In this document: piece by piece, positions 19,560 to 29,051 of the stretch
Position numbering within the stretch: position 1 is the stretch's first letter
Layout of the letters: each line of letters begins with the position of its first letter
Sequence record: OR513085.1
DNA: 64,000 nucleotides
Reading direction: 5' to 3' (one strand)
Notes under the pieces: generated by a model
Database searches by the model: none
What the model was told of the DNA's origin: nothing
The model's input: only the letters and a program-made list of their open reading frames with translations
Translations under genes and position numbers: made by a program

Positions 19560-19591
19560 TTTTCATATGTCGTAAAAAATGATTAAATTTA
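19560..19591 (+). promoter_or_regulatory. Early host-type promoter
   Basis: TTTTCATATGTCG, 19 nt, TAAATTTA. Confidence 0.65.
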
Positions 19592-19618
19592 CATATAATT
19601 AAAAATAACGATAACAGC

Positions 19619-19801
19619 ATGAAAAAGACATTCCTACTTAGAGACTGGCAAAATTTATACTATTGCTTTGAGCATTATCAATTTTGGCACGTAGATAAAG
19701 GTCAAGCTAAAATGTTTTATTCAATGGAAGACGTTGAAGCTACAGTAATTGAAAATAACCTACAGGACGTAGAAATCGTAACTTTACTAAGCAAAGCATA
19801 A
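19619..19801 (+). CDS. Hypothetical protein
   Basis: 60-aa ORF after promoter. Confidence 0.6.
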   Translation: MKKTFLLRDWQNLYYCFEHYQFWHVDKGQAKMFYSMEDVEATVIENNLQDVEIVTLLSKA

Positions 19802-19804
19802 AAT

Positions 19805-20245
19805 ATGGCTATGAACAAACAAAACATACAGCGTGCAATAAACCATATTAGAACATTACGGCCTGAAAATTTTGATATGCAAGATTACCGTGCAGCCCAA
19901 TTTACTGACAAAGCTCCTGAATGCAAAACTATAGGATGCATAGTAGGCCATTGCACTATACTTGATGCCAAAAACATCAATGAAAAATTTATAGATATGC
20001 GTAACGATTCCATTATGTTCAACGAATGGTCAGTCGAATTCTTTGGCATTGGTATTTTGCAAAGAAGCTGGGACTATATGTTTTCATGTAATTGGGCTAA
20101 GTCACAAAAAACTAACACTATAGAACATGCAATTTATCGCATGGAACGTATAATTGACGATTATAAGCCAGGCAATATTGACGATGAATATTCATACGAA
20201 ACTGGCGCTACTAGGCTTGAACCTGGATATACTGACAACGACTAA
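19805..20245 (+). CDS. Hypothetical protein (Cys/His motif CKTIGCIVGHC)
   Basis: 146-aa ORF, tightly packed. Confidence 0.65.
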   Translation: MAMNKQNIQRAINHIRTLRPENFDMQDYRAAQFTDKAPECKTIGCIVGHCTILDAKNINEKFIDMRNDSIMFNEWSVEFFGIGILQRSWDYMFSCNWAKSQKTNTIEHAIYRMERIIDDYKPGNIDDEYSYETGATRLEPGYTDND

Positions 20246-20301
20246 CTTTTATGCACTACAGTGCAATCTATAAACATAATAACAAATAAATTTTTAAAAC
20301 A

Positions 20302-21219
20302 ATGACAAACATCAACGCGACCGAAAGACTCATTGCTATCTGGCAAAATGATTATGCTAGGCACACTAAAAACCACAAAACAGTCAACGAAGACGGCATT
20401 CTTAAAAAGTATTGGAAAAATCCAATTACACATTATTATGCTAATATTGGCACTGATGTACTTAGACAAATGCTAGAAGATTCAGAAGCTTATGACTATC
20501 CTGGCTTAGAATTTGCAGAACCTCAGCAAAATCCTAACAAAACTGCAATGCCTGAATACATAGGCAGTTATGCACTTTCAGAGGACCAGGTCATTCAATT
20601 TTATCATGACAAAGACCTCAAAAATGACATGCAGATGTACTATGCAGAAGAGGAATATGATTATCATCGACTACTTTTCGGAAGTCGTAGCAATCCTACA
20701 TTAGGCAAAGTATTCTCAAAAGTTTATTGTAACATCATTACAGATACGCCAATTTCAGACTTCCTTAGACTTCATATTTACCGAGTACTAAACAACCTGG
20801 ATAATGAAGGCACTAAATTCTACTTGCTACTTTCTGCAGCTGCAGCAAAACAACTAAAGCATGAGTCAGACTTTACTGAACAAATTTCAATGACTACAAT
20901 TAGCCAAATTAAACACAACACATCAAAATTTGGCACGTTCCGACCAAAATGGAAAAAGACTTCTAATTATGGCAGAGCATTCAGGAACATTTTAGAAAAT
21001 CATGCATGCATAGAATTGTACGAATGCCATGATTCAGGAGCTTCTATTAACCAGGAGCATAATTATCCTATGGCTGCTATACTTACTAGCTACAAAATGC
21101 ATGAACGTTTCGATAATTGTAGCATACATTCACCAATGCATCCTAACGATCATACGCCAACATCATTAAAGTCAGAACTAATTGAAAATATTTTGGACAA
21201 AGCTTTAAAAACTTGCTAA
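20302..21219 (+). CDS. Hypothetical protein
   Basis: 305-aa ORF. Confidence 0.7.
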   Translation: MTNINATERLIAIWQNDYARHTKNHKTVNEDGILKKYWKNPITHYYANIGTDVLRQMLEDSEAYDYPGLEFAEPQQNPNKTAMPEYIGSYALSEDQVIQFYHDKDLKNDMQMYYAEEEYDYHRLLFGSRSNPTLGKVFSKVYCNIITDTPISDFLRLHIYRVLNNLDNEGTKFYLLLSAAAAKQLKHESDFTEQISMTTISQIKHNTSKFGTFRPKWKKTSNYGRAFRNILENHACIELYECHDSGASINQEHNYPMAAILTSYKMHERFDNCSIHSPMHPNDHTPTSLKSELIENILDKALKTC

Positions 21220-21223
21220 AATG

Positions 21224-21255
21224 TTTTCACGTTTCAAATAATTTTCTTATATTTG
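21224..21255 (+). promoter_or_regulatory. Early host-type promoter
   Basis: TGTTTTCACG core, 19 nt, TATATTTG. Confidence 0.7.
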
Positions 21256-21284
21256 TATTATTAAAATAACACACATACAAAACA

Positions 21285-22019
21285 ATGCAAAACAAACCAA
21301 TCTTAACAAGAGATCAAAAGCTAGCAATCCTAGGAGATAACCCACATAATTGGGACGTTGACAACTTGGAAATTGTACAGGACATTGCAATAACAAACGA
21401 ATTTGTAATGCAGGCTAACGAGGCAAACTACAAAACGTTGCTAGGCTTAGGCTGGACCAACCACTACACAATTCATTTGTTGGATAAAATCAACCTCAAC
21501 TATTACATAGACACTCCAGAAGTTTCAGGAAAACCTTCAAGCGACTTCAAAATTTCAATGAGGAATCACTTTGACCAGGATGTTGCCGAAGACTTAGGAA
21601 CTGTACCGAACTCAGAAGTAGGAACTGCATTTACAAACTTATGGACTAGGCAAAATGCTTTAGTTACACATTTGTTCAAAGCATCAAGCATTATGAATAC
21701 TATGTACGGCAATTTTGGTAAAACTATAATCGTAAATTCACAACTTGCTGCGGCTATTAAAAGTACAGAATTGTTCAAGCCTACACCTGTAGAGGAATTG
21801 GCTGAAACGTCATCAACTTCAATGCCATATGTTGCAGGTACGATTACTACCGAAGATGGCAAAATGTCACTAAAAGTCGTAGTTAATCCTCAGCAGCCAT
21901 GGGCAGATACTACTGCAGTATTGTATGACGGTGACTTTGACTTCCAAACAATTGAACTTGAGGAAGGCTTAACTTCAATTTCATTCGCATTCAATAACGG
22001 ATTAGGCCCATGGGCGTAG
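21285..22019 (+). CDS. Truncated paralog of the major capsid protein
   Basis: Shares NLWTRQ, VNSQLxAAIK, AGTI, WxDTTA and FxNGxGxWA* with 16279..18000. Confidence 0.75.
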   Translation: MQNKPILTRDQKLAILGDNPHNWDVDNLEIVQDIAITNEFVMQANEANYKTLLGLGWTNHYTIHLLDKINLNYYIDTPEVSGKPSSDFKISMRNHFDQDVAEDLGTVPNSEVGTAFTNLWTRQNALVTHLFKASSIMNTMYGNFGKTIIVNSQLAAAIKSTELFKPTPVEELAETSSTSMPYVAGTITTEDGKMSLKVVVNPQQPWADTTAVLYDGDFDFQTIELEEGLTSISFAFNNGLGPWA

Positions 22020-22243
22020 AATTAACCTCAGAAGAAAAGAAGGCGTATATCCAGTCGAAAGGCTGGACTACCCTTTGGCATGACAACTATTGGGTACATT
22101 CAGGAATCATGGCCGGTGCCAACCTAGATTATTGTGGAATTGATTTAAACTCTGCATACAAATGCCAATTAAAGCATGAAGCGCCAAAAGAAGTACAGAA
22201 TAATAAACTTCCAGGCTTCAAAGACCACAACAATTTAACATAG
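22010..22243 (+). CDS. Hypothetical protein
   Basis: 77-aa ORF overlapping the previous stop. Confidence 0.55.
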   Translation: MGVELTSEEKKAYIQSKGWTTLWHDNYWVHSGIMAGANLDYCGIDLNSAYKCQLKHEAPKEVQNNKLPGFKDHNNLT

Positions 22244-22287
22244 CGGCTAAGCTGCAATACTTTTATAACAACAAACAATACAACAAC

Positions 22288-22701
22288 ATGAAACAAAGAC
22301 TAACAAAACTATTTACATTCTCATTCGTACTAATTGCACTACTTTCACTACAATCATGCTGGGAATTTTCAAGACAGCAAGCTATCAATGACGCTGAGGC
22401 TAAAGGTATTGCAACCTTAAAAGAATCCGAGTCTTCCAAGAAAGCTATGGTTGAACAAGCTAAAGCTGAAAACCAGGCATCTACACTTAAGGCTGAAGCT
22501 ATGGTTAAAATTGCAACTGCCCAGGCTAACGCTGAAATTGAACGAGCTAAAGGTGTTGCCAGAGCTAATGAAATTATCGGCCAATCGCTTAAAGGTAACA
22601 ACGAATACTTAAAGTACTTGCAAATTGACGCAATTAAGGAATCCAAAGGTGCCAAAGTTTACATTCCTACTGAGGCAGGACTTCCAATTATTGAAAGATA
22701 G
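22288..22701 (+). CDS. Membrane/lipoprotein resembling the SPFH (stomatin/prohibitin) C-terminal coiled coil
   Basis: Hydrophobic N-terminus LLSLQSC; AEIERAKGVARANEIIGQSL..YLKYLQI..VYIPTEAGLPI. Confidence 0.6.
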   Translation: MKQRLTKLFTFSFVLIALLSLQSCWEFSRQQAINDAEAKGIATLKESESSKKAMVEQAKAENQASTLKAEAMVKIATAQANAEIERAKGVARANEIIGQSLKGNNEYLKYLQIDAIKESKGAKVYIPTEAGLPIIER

Positions 22702-22722
22702 ACTAATTCGTATAAATATAGC

Positions 22723-22754
22723 AATCCCAAGTGCCTGGTGTACTTGGGATTTTT
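22723..22754 (+). terminator. Intrinsic terminator (TATAAATA directly upstream at 22711-18)
   Basis: AATCCCAAGT / ACTTGGGATTTTT. Confidence 0.7.
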
Positions 22755-22814
22755 GTGCTTTGTATGGACCTTGCTAGGCACTAATATATACTTTATCAAA
22801 CAAATTATTAAACT

Positions 22815-23045
22815 ATGACAACTCAACACGACATAACGATTCAAAACGTTACGGGTTCTGACAGCGGAGTTTGCGTTGTCACCCTCAAAAACTCAATTGA
22901 TGAACAGACTAAACTAAGTATTGTAGCTAAACCAAGCTTTGTTTCAGTAGTTCCGGTAATGGGTTCAAACAAAACTTTAAAACTAATATGGCATGCGGAA
23001 ACAATTGCCGAACAATACAACGTCAAGCTCAAAATTGAGCGCTAA
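22815..23045 (+). CDS. Hypothetical protein
   Basis: 76-aa ORF between two terminators. Confidence 0.55.
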   Translation: MTTQHDITIQNVTGSDSGVCVVTLKNSIDEQTKLSIVAKPSFVSVVPVMGSNKTLKLIWHAETIAEQYNVKLKIER

Positions 23046-23083
23046 TTGACGTTCTGCTTCTTGCAACTTTGTCATGTGTATTT

Positions 23084-23119
23084 AGAAAAGCCCTAGTCAA
23101 ATTTGACTAGGGCTTTTCT
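23084..23119. terminator. Bidirectional-type terminator
   Basis: Perfect 17-bp IR AGAAAAGCCCTAGTCAA / TTGACTAGGGCTTTTCT. Confidence 0.8.
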
Positions 23120-23155
23120 TGTGTGTAAAAATTGTTGAAAATACTTGCCAAAACA

Positions 23156-23187
23156 TTTTCATATGTCGAATAATTGTTATATATTTG
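23156..23187 (+). promoter_or_regulatory. Early host-type promoter
   Basis: TTTTCATATGTCG, 19 nt, TATATTTG. Confidence 0.7.
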
Positions 23188-23197
23188 TAATAACAAA

Positions 23198-23476
23198 ATG
23201 AAACATATTAATATTATGACAACTACAAATTATACTGAAATTGAATTGGCTATTTTAAACTCAGAAAATTATAAGCATAACTCACAAAGTATAGATTATC
23301 TTGGTGATTTTTACAAAACTAACAATGACCAAAGCGTATTTTCAGTTATATCAAAAACTGAAAGTGAAATTAAAATGCATATGTTTGATGTTGAAGATGA
23401 TGGAAGTCATTCAAATGCATACACAAAAATTGAATCTTTAAAAACTTTAAATTTTAACGATTTTTTAACACTTTAA
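23198..23476 (+). CDS. Hypothetical protein
   Basis: Start moved downstream of the promoter (23198 or 23216). Confidence 0.55.
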   Translation: MKHINIMTTTNYTEIELAILNSENYKHNSQSIDYLGDFYKTNNDQSVFSVISKTESEIKMHMFDVEDDGSHSNAYTKIESLKTLNFNDFLTL

Positions 23477-23477
23477 A

Positions 23478-23509
23478 TTTTTTACTTTCAATTATTTTTC
23501 TTAAATTTA
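23478..23509 (+). promoter_or_regulatory. Early host-type promoter
   Basis: Shares TTTTTCTTAAATTTATACTATAATTAAAAACAA with the 3201 promoter. Confidence 0.65.
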
Positions 23510-23547
23510 TACTATAATTAAAAACAAACATTTAAAAAATCAAACTT

Positions 23548-23850
23548 ATGAAAAAGCAAATTAGAATTACTGCTACAATGAGAGAAACTCTTACAACAAA
23601 ACAAATTTTAAGCTTAGAAGCTAAACAAGCAAAAATTGCTAAAGCCAACAAGGAGGCTAAAGCAAAACAAAAAATCAAAGAAGCTAAAGCTGCAGAGAAA
23701 GCTGCTAAGGCTGAAGCTAAACGTTCAAAATTTGAACACGTAAAAATGCTTAACTATCCAGGAATGGAGTATATGCCAAATCTTGATAACTTGCTAAAAG
23801 CTACTGATACTGTCGAGTTCTTTGCAAAGAAAAAATCCGACTTCATTTGA
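23548..23850 (+). CDS. Lys/Ala-rich basic protein
   Basis: AKQAKIAKANKEAKAKQKIKEAKAAEKAAKAEAKR. Confidence 0.65.
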   Translation: MKKQIRITATMRETLTTKQILSLEAKQAKIAKANKEAKAKQKIKEAKAAEKAAKAEAKRSKFEHVKMLNYPGMEYMPNLDNLLKATDTVEFFAKKKSDFI

Positions 23851-24136
23851 AATTTTCAGAATCTGCAATAACAAGAAAACTCATGCTTTAGTTATTACGC
23901 CATCCAGGTTAGAACGTAACCACGTACTTTGCCAAAACTTAAATGGCAATTCAAGACAACAAGTAGTTTTAGAATTTGGCGCACAGGATGAAATCCTTGC
24001 ACTACTTGCAGGACTGCCAATCTACAATGACTACGATATGGACTATAACCACACTCAAAAGGACAAATATTACGTAGCAGGTCAATGTATTCAGAACGAC
24101 ATGACTATCTACAGAGCAATATTTGCTTCCATCTAA
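23822..24136 (+). CDS. Hypothetical protein (start uncertain)
   Basis: ORF fills the gap before a terminator. Confidence 0.45.
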   Translation: MQRKNPTSFEIFRICNNKKTHALVITPSRLERNHVLCQNLNGNSRQQVVLEFGAQDEILALLAGLPIYNDYDMDYNHTQKDKYYVAGQCIQNDMTIYRAIFASI

Positions 24137-24159
24137 TACCAACGTTCTAACCTTCCTAC

Positions 24160-24184
24160 AAAGCCTAGTTTCGGCTAGGCTTTT
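24160..24184 (+). terminator. Intrinsic terminator
   Basis: AAAGCCTAG-tttcgg-CTAGGCTTTT. Confidence 0.75.
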
Positions 24185-24211
24185 CTAAAAATCAAACAAA
24201 ATCAAAATATC

Positions 24212-24580
24212 ATGTTCACAATAAAATTACTTCAAGAAGCTTCAAAACTACAAAATGCTAACGATCCTAACGAAAGATTAGTAGCAGTAGTATCACAACT
24301 AACCCCGCAACAATATGTTGAGTTGCTTAGCGAAATTGATTTTGACGGCAATTATTCATTTGATGATGCTGGGCAGCTTTGGTTCTATGATAAAATTGGT
24401 TATTATGACGAACCTAAGGTTAAAGTCGAAGACGCTAAGATTCCTACAAGCATGGTAATGTTTGTAGAACTTACGGATGAGTTACTTACTACATTCGTAG
24501 AAATTTTGTATAGTTTAATACAAACTTACAATTCAGGCTTCAATCACCCTTCAAGAAGACATTTAAAAATCGCAATTTAA
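24212..24580 (+). CDS. Hypothetical protein
   Basis: 122-aa ORF. Confidence 0.65.
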   Translation: MFTIKLLQEASKLQNANDPNERLVAVVSQLTPQQYVELLSEIDFDGNYSFDDAGQLWFYDKIGYYDEPKVKVEDAKIPTSMVMFVELTDELLTTFVEILYSLIQTYNSGFNHPSRRHLKIAI

Positions 24581-24587
24581 AAATAGC

Positions 24588-24869
24588 ATGGCAGAACTTA
24601 CATTTTCAGAAAAATACAAAGCTTTACTGGCAGAAGCGCAAAACAAACTAAACGTTTGGTGTAATGATAATATAAAGTCTAAAGGCTTAAAGTCTATAAA
24701 GCTTAAGCATGAGTTTATCGACAATGGTGATGTGGATTGGTATAATTATGACGAACTTACGTCAGATGGCGAATTACTATCAACTGAAGAAAGCTACACG
24801 TTATCAGTTGCTTCAGCAACTAACGTATTTGGATTCCTTGAACTTATTGACGAACTTACACAAAACTAA
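24588..24869 (+). CDS. Hypothetical protein
   Basis: 93-aa ORF. Confidence 0.65.
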   Translation: MAELTFSEKYKALLAEAQNKLNVWCNDNIKSKGLKSIKLKHEFIDNGDVDWYNYDELTSDGELLSTEESYTLSVASATNVFGFLELIDELTQN

Positions 24870-24877
24870 AACATATC

Positions 24878-25789
24878 ATGGCAAAAACATTTGAACTTAT
24901 AAAAGACGGTAGTATAAAACATGCAGGCCGTACACTTTACAAAATAAAAGCTTTAGTAGACATTCCAAATCATGGCGTAAATGCCGGAGATATTGGTGGA
25001 TGGGTAGAATCTGAAAATAACCTACAAAGCGATGAAGCATGGATTGGCGATGCAGCCATGGTTTATGGTGACGCTGTAGTTTCAGAAAAGGCTTTAGTTA
25101 CTGAATTTGCACAAGTTTCAGGATTTGCTGAAATTAAAGGCTTTGCAAAAGTACAAGGTAATGCCAAAATTTCAGACAAAGCCAGAATTTGGGGAAGCTG
25201 TACTGTTGAAGACAACGTTACGATAGGAGGCTTTACATTCATTGCAGACTTTGCAATAGTACGAGGATTTGCTAAAATTGCAGGAGAAATTCAAATTATT
25301 GAAAACGCTAGAATTTGGGGTCATGTAAAAATTTATGCTAACGCTATAATTAGAGGTCATGCACAAATTTATGGTGATGCTGCCATTTATGGAGGCACTA
25401 TTTCAGGTAATACGGTAGTTTGTGACTATGCAAAAATAGGTTCTCATGTTATGCTAAGCTATGGAATTTTTAAAGGTAGGGCTGTAGTTACTACACCTAG
25501 TGACTACGCAGCAATTGCTAACATAGGCTCAAGGAATGGAACTACTATAGCATATAAAACTAACGTACTTGCTCAAAGACCATCACAAATTGAAATTATT
25601 TGCGGATGTTTCACAGGTGACTTACAACAATTCTACAATATTGTACGTAGACAATATGGCGGGCATAACGTAGGTATTGCGGGTAGACGTTACTACAAAG
25701 AATACATGGCAGCTATACAACTTATTGAAGCCAAATTCTCTGTGAAAGTAAAGCGTAAAGGTAGATTTTTGGCATGGTTAAGATCATGA
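24878..25789 (+). CDS. Left-handed beta-helix (hexapeptide repeat) phage protein
   Basis: GRTLYKIKAL..GDIGGWVESENNL followed by many AxVxGxA hexapeptide repeats. Confidence 0.8.
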   Translation: MAKTFELIKDGSIKHAGRTLYKIKALVDIPNHGVNAGDIGGWVESENNLQSDEAWIGDAAMVYGDAVVSEKALVTEFAQVSGFAEIKGFAKVQGNAKISDKARIWGSCTVEDNVTIGGFTFIADFAIVRGFAKIAGEIQIIENARIWGHVKIYANAIIRGHAQIYGDAAIYGGTISGNTVVCDYAKIGSHVMLSYGIFKGRAVVTTPSDYAAIANIGSRNGTTIAYKTNVLAQRPSQIEIICGCFTGDLQQFYNIVRRQYGGHNVGIAGRRYYKEYMAAIQLIEAKFSVKVKRKGRFLAWLRS

Positions 25790-25887
25790 ACCTACTAATT
25801 GGAATTTTTGGTTTTAGAATTGAAATAACCAACTGCGAATACGAGAATTTTTCTAACGAACAAAGACAAATCGACAATGAATTATAA
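25786..25887 (+). CDS. Small 33-aa protein not in the ORF track
   Basis: MNLLIGIFGFRIEITNCEYENFSNEQRQIDNEL; ATGA overlap upstream, 11-nt overlap downstream. Confidence 0.45.
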   Translation: MNLLIGIFGFRIEITNCEYENFSNEQRQIDNEL

Positions 25888-26587
25888 CGACATATCAATA
25901 CCAGTAGCTAATTTAAAGGCCGGTTGCTATGAAAATCACATAGGCAACAATATTTCGCCGAACGCTACGATAGCTGTGCTACTTTACGTTCTTTACGATA
26001 ACGAAGTTATAAACAAGCAATCATTACTTGACAGAACAAAAGTGTTACGTAACACACCTAAAGGGCTAGGCGAAATTAAAAACGATTCCGAATTGTACCA
26101 TTACTACGAAACACATAAATGCCCAATTACTGGCGAGTGGTATAGTGACACTAGGAATCATCACATTCTGAATGATGCTATTGACGAAAAAGTTGAATGG
26201 AATGTACTAAATAGCCTTAGGATTCCTTACGCAAAAATGGTTGAATTCCTTATGTTAATCTACGGAGTTTCAAAAAGTAAGGCTAAGGATTTGTTCAATA
26301 AACTATACATTCTGGATGCTTTGGTTGATTTTAGATCACTAGGAAGCCATACAGTTGAATGGTACAAAAGTCTTGGCTTTATTGACATCGAACCTAAAGA
26401 TTTTGAAATGCCTGACTACAAGCATAATTTCAAGTTTGCTTTTACTGGACCAGTTGATACTGATGATTTTGAAGCTAAATTTAACGATGAGAAACGTAAA
26501 GCCTACGCTAAGCTAGAACAACAAAAACGTTCGACATTAGGATTGCTAATGCAAACTCATGCAATTAACTTAAAAGCTACTTACTAA
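25877..26587 (+). CDS. Hypothetical protein
   Basis: 236-aa ORF. Confidence 0.7.
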   Translation: MNYNDISIPVANLKAGCYENHIGNNISPNATIAVLLYVLYDNEVINKQSLLDRTKVLRNTPKGLGEIKNDSELYHYYETHKCPITGEWYSDTRNHHILNDAIDEKVEWNVLNSLRIPYAKMVEFLMLIYGVSKSKAKDLFNKLYILDALVDFRSLGSHTVEWYKSLGFIDIEPKDFEMPDYKHNFKFAFTGPVDTDDFEAKFNDEKRKAYAKLEQQKRSTLGLLMQTHAINLKATY

Positions 26588-26589
26588 AC

Positions 26590-26883
26590 ATGGAACTAGA
26601 CATTTTACTTAGCAACATACTAGCCAACGCCAGCAAAACAGAACGTAACGCTTACGAAATGCTTAACGAAACTAACCAAACATTTAGCAACATAGGAACT
26701 TTCAAGCTGAAGAAATTTGACAAGCCATTCACAATAAAAGTTACTAAAGAACGTTGGTCAGGTAAGTTATGCTTTAGGAAGCAGGACAAAAACAAGTACA
26801 AAGGATTCACAGTTTCTACTGTACTTACAGACGATGAGCTATCAGAAATCTACGGAAAATACTCAGACAACGATATAGCATAA
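26590..26883 (+). CDS. Hypothetical protein
   Basis: 97-aa ORF. Confidence 0.65.
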   Translation: MELDILLSNILANASKTERNAYEMLNETNQTFSNIGTFKLKKFDKPFTIKVTKERWSGKLCFRKQDKNKYKGFTVSTVLTDDELSEIYGKYSDNDIA

Positions 26884-26916
26884 AAAATGCCAAGCATACT
26901 GTATGCTTGGCATTTT
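26884..26916. terminator. Bidirectional terminator between convergent genes
   Basis: Perfect 16-bp IR AAAATGCCAAGCATAC / GTATGCTTGGCATTTT. Confidence 0.8.
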
Positions 26917-26927
26917 GTTTTCTCTTT

Positions 26928-27155
26928 TTATTTCTTTGCAGATTCAAGTTTTTCAAGCTGGTCAGCTTTTATTTTCTTGTCTCCTTTTAACTTCTCCATT
27001 ATAGCTTTGTAAGTGATTGTTCCACCTACTGCAACAGTCGTCATTAGTGCAGTTGCTAAGTATTCAATTTGTTCTGGGCTTAATCCTGAAATTATGTCTG
27101 AAATTGATTCGTTAGCAAAAGATTGCTTAGGTCCTTGTTTTCTAAATGTACTCAT
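26928..27155 (-). CDS. Small late protein with FANE|S site and hydrophobic helix
   Basis: Occupies a + strand gap; late box TGTAAATA on the - strand at 27180-87; shares the bidirectional terminator. Confidence 0.65.
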   Translation of the reverse strand: MSTFRKQGPKQSFANESISDIISGLSPEQIEYLATALMTTVAVGGTITYKAIMEKLKGDKKIKADQLEKLESAKK

Positions 27156-27245
27156 TGTTGTAAGATGTTTATGTTGAATTATTTACACAACTTGCTAAAA
27201 GTTGTGAATGCTTCGCATATTAATGTAAAAGTTTTTGCAAAAATG

Positions 27246-27277
27246 TTTTACGATGTCAAATAAAAGTTATATATTTG
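27246..27277 (+). promoter_or_regulatory. Early host-type promoter
   Basis: TTTTA, 19 nt, TATATTTG. Confidence 0.6.
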
Positions 27278-27298
27278 TATTATACAAAAACAAACAAT

Positions 27299-27571
27299 AT
27301 GAACCAAATAAGCAAAACTGCTTTGGCTATAACTTTCGCAGTACTACTTTTCTTTGGGCCGTTAGGTTACAAGATTTACAAAGGCAATTTTCAGCCTAAA
27401 GAAAACTTTACAATTGAGTTAACTTATATTGATGGCTACGTTGAAACTAAAACGTACAACCTAAACAAAGACTCTGAGTTCTACGTACAAACATCCAAAG
27501 GTAGCTATAGCCTGCAAACGCAATACGTTGTAGTAGCTCCTGGTGTTATACGTTACAAACTAATTAAGTAG
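27299..27571 (+). CDS. Hypothetical membrane-anchored protein
   Basis: N-terminal TM TALAITFAVLLFFGPLGY. Confidence 0.6.
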   Translation: MNQISKTALAITFAVLLFFGPLGYKIYKGNFQPKENFTIELTYIDGYVETKTYNLNKDSEFYVQTSKGSYSLQTQYVVVAPGVIRYKLIK

Positions 27572-27601
27572 GAAAAGTTTTTGAAAATAGTTGCAAAAAC
27601 A

Positions 27602-27633
27602 TTTTCATAAGTCAAAAACTTTTCTTATATTTG
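27602..27633 (+). promoter_or_regulatory. Early host-type promoter
   Basis: TTTTCATAAGTC, 19 nt, TATATTTG. Confidence 0.7.
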
Positions 27634-27686
27634 TATTATACAAAATCAATAATTAACATTTATTAATCAAACAAATTCAAAACAAA

Positions 27687-28970
27687 ATGACAACAAACGT
27701 ACAAAACTTAGGAACTATTTTCGCAGATAAATTCAATGAAGTAATGGCTAACGAAGCTAATGTAACAAAAGCTTACCAAGTCATAGCTAAATTTTGTATA
27801 AGCCAAGCTAACCAGGCAGATGAAGATGACTCAGAAACTATAGCTTTCTGGAATGAAAAAGAAACTTATTGTATGGACAAAGCTAAATCAGGAGTTGCTA
27901 AAGTTGCAACGACAATCGAACGCTTCCAAAAGAACACTTCAAACTTCAAAACTGAATTTAAGTTTTCAAGTAAGGAGGAAAGAACAATTTACCAAAGATT
28001 CGTAGAAAACAAGGAAAACACTACAAACAAGTTAATGTACTACACAGTAACTGATGAAAACTTCAATTACAGAACTGAGTCTGGCATTTACTTCCACAAC
28101 ATGGTTAATGCAATTGTTGAGAGATTTAACGAAATTTCAAACTACGAATTTGCTATAGTTGACAAGGAGTTCTTAGTTAACAACGAATTTGCTATTGATA
28201 CTGAACTTGGTAGAAGATATGCATTCTATGTAGATACTGATGACTTCCATGCATCTACAAAAGAACAAGTAGCATCAGTTTATTCAAAAGTACATCCAGG
28301 ATGCAGAGTATTCGTTTCTTACGAAGCATTAGCCGAACATATCTCAACTTACATCAGATACAAAGCTATCTACATTCTAAGCGACCAGGCATTCAATGCT
28401 TTACGTTACTTAGTAGATTCAATTGAGGTAGTTAAATGCCCAAACCTTGATCTTTCAGAATTTGGTGATGATAACTTGGTAAGCCATGACTTTCAGGCAT
28501 ACGCAGAATTCCTAAGCTTCAGAAAATTCAATACTGTACATTACACAAATTCAGAAGTTGTAGAAGTAGAAGTTGAACAAAAACAAGAGTTCTTCTCTGA
28601 CTTTATCAGATTCAAATCTACAGGAAAGGCAGAGAAAAAGTCAGTAACAAAGGACATTACTTACGACCTAGTAACAATTTCTAAACCGGCATCAAAGGTA
28701 CCAGTTTACCGATTTGCTAAAAGAATGAAGCAAAATCCAGGTACTAGACAAATCCTGATTCAAAACATCCTATTGACATTGAACGAAAACTTACAATTGG
28801 AAAACATTGAAGTTATGCCAGAAGATTTTACGTTAAGCAACAACAAAGATTACGTTATGCATAGCCAACTTAACTCCATCATTACAATTGCTAACAGAGA
28901 TGCAGACAAATTCCATGCAGGAACGTTAGAAGCATTAACAAACATTTTGCAAATACAAATTAGAAAGTAG
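27687..28970 (+). CDS. Hypothetical early protein
   Basis: 427-aa ORF with its own promoter and terminator. Confidence 0.75.
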   Translation: MTTNVQNLGTIFADKFNEVMANEANVTKAYQVIAKFCISQANQADEDDSETIAFWNEKETYCMDKAKSGVAKVATTIERFQKNTSNFKTEFKFSSKEERTIYQRFVENKENTTNKLMYYTVTDENFNYRTESGIYFHNMVNAIVERFNEISNYEFAIVDKEFLVNNEFAIDTELGRRYAFYVDTDDFHASTKEQVASVYSKVHPGCRVFVSYEALAEHISTYIRYKAIYILSDQAFNALRYLVDSIEVVKCPNLDLSEFGDDNLVSHDFQAYAEFLSFRKFNTVHYTNSEVVEVEVEQKQEFFSDFIRFKSTGKAEKKSVTKDITYDLVTISKPASKVPVYRFAKRMKQNPGTRQILIQNILLTLNENLQLENIEVMPEDFTLSNNKDYVMHSQLNSIITIANRDADKFHAGTLEALTNILQIQIRK

Positions 28971-28999
28971 GATAATTTTTCATAGACATATAATTTTTG

Positions 29000-29032
29000 C
29001 CTGGGTAGTCTTTAAGATTGCCCAGGATTTTT
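29000..29032 (+). terminator. Intrinsic terminator
   Basis: CCTGGGTAGTC / GATTGCCCAGG + T run. Confidence 0.65.
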
Positions 29033-29051
29033 AAAACAAACTTAACAAACA

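Noticed and set aside
20302-21219. HNH nuclease motif in the His-rich C-terminus
   Set aside because: Spacing does not convincingly fit HNH and there are no supporting motifs
21285-22019. Annotation as T4 gp24 vertex protein
   Set aside because: Less than half of capsid length and under an early promoter; kept as an unexplained paralog
27687-28970. MANEA near the N-terminus as a capsid-targeting site
   Set aside because: Single site, early promoter only, no late box or leader pattern
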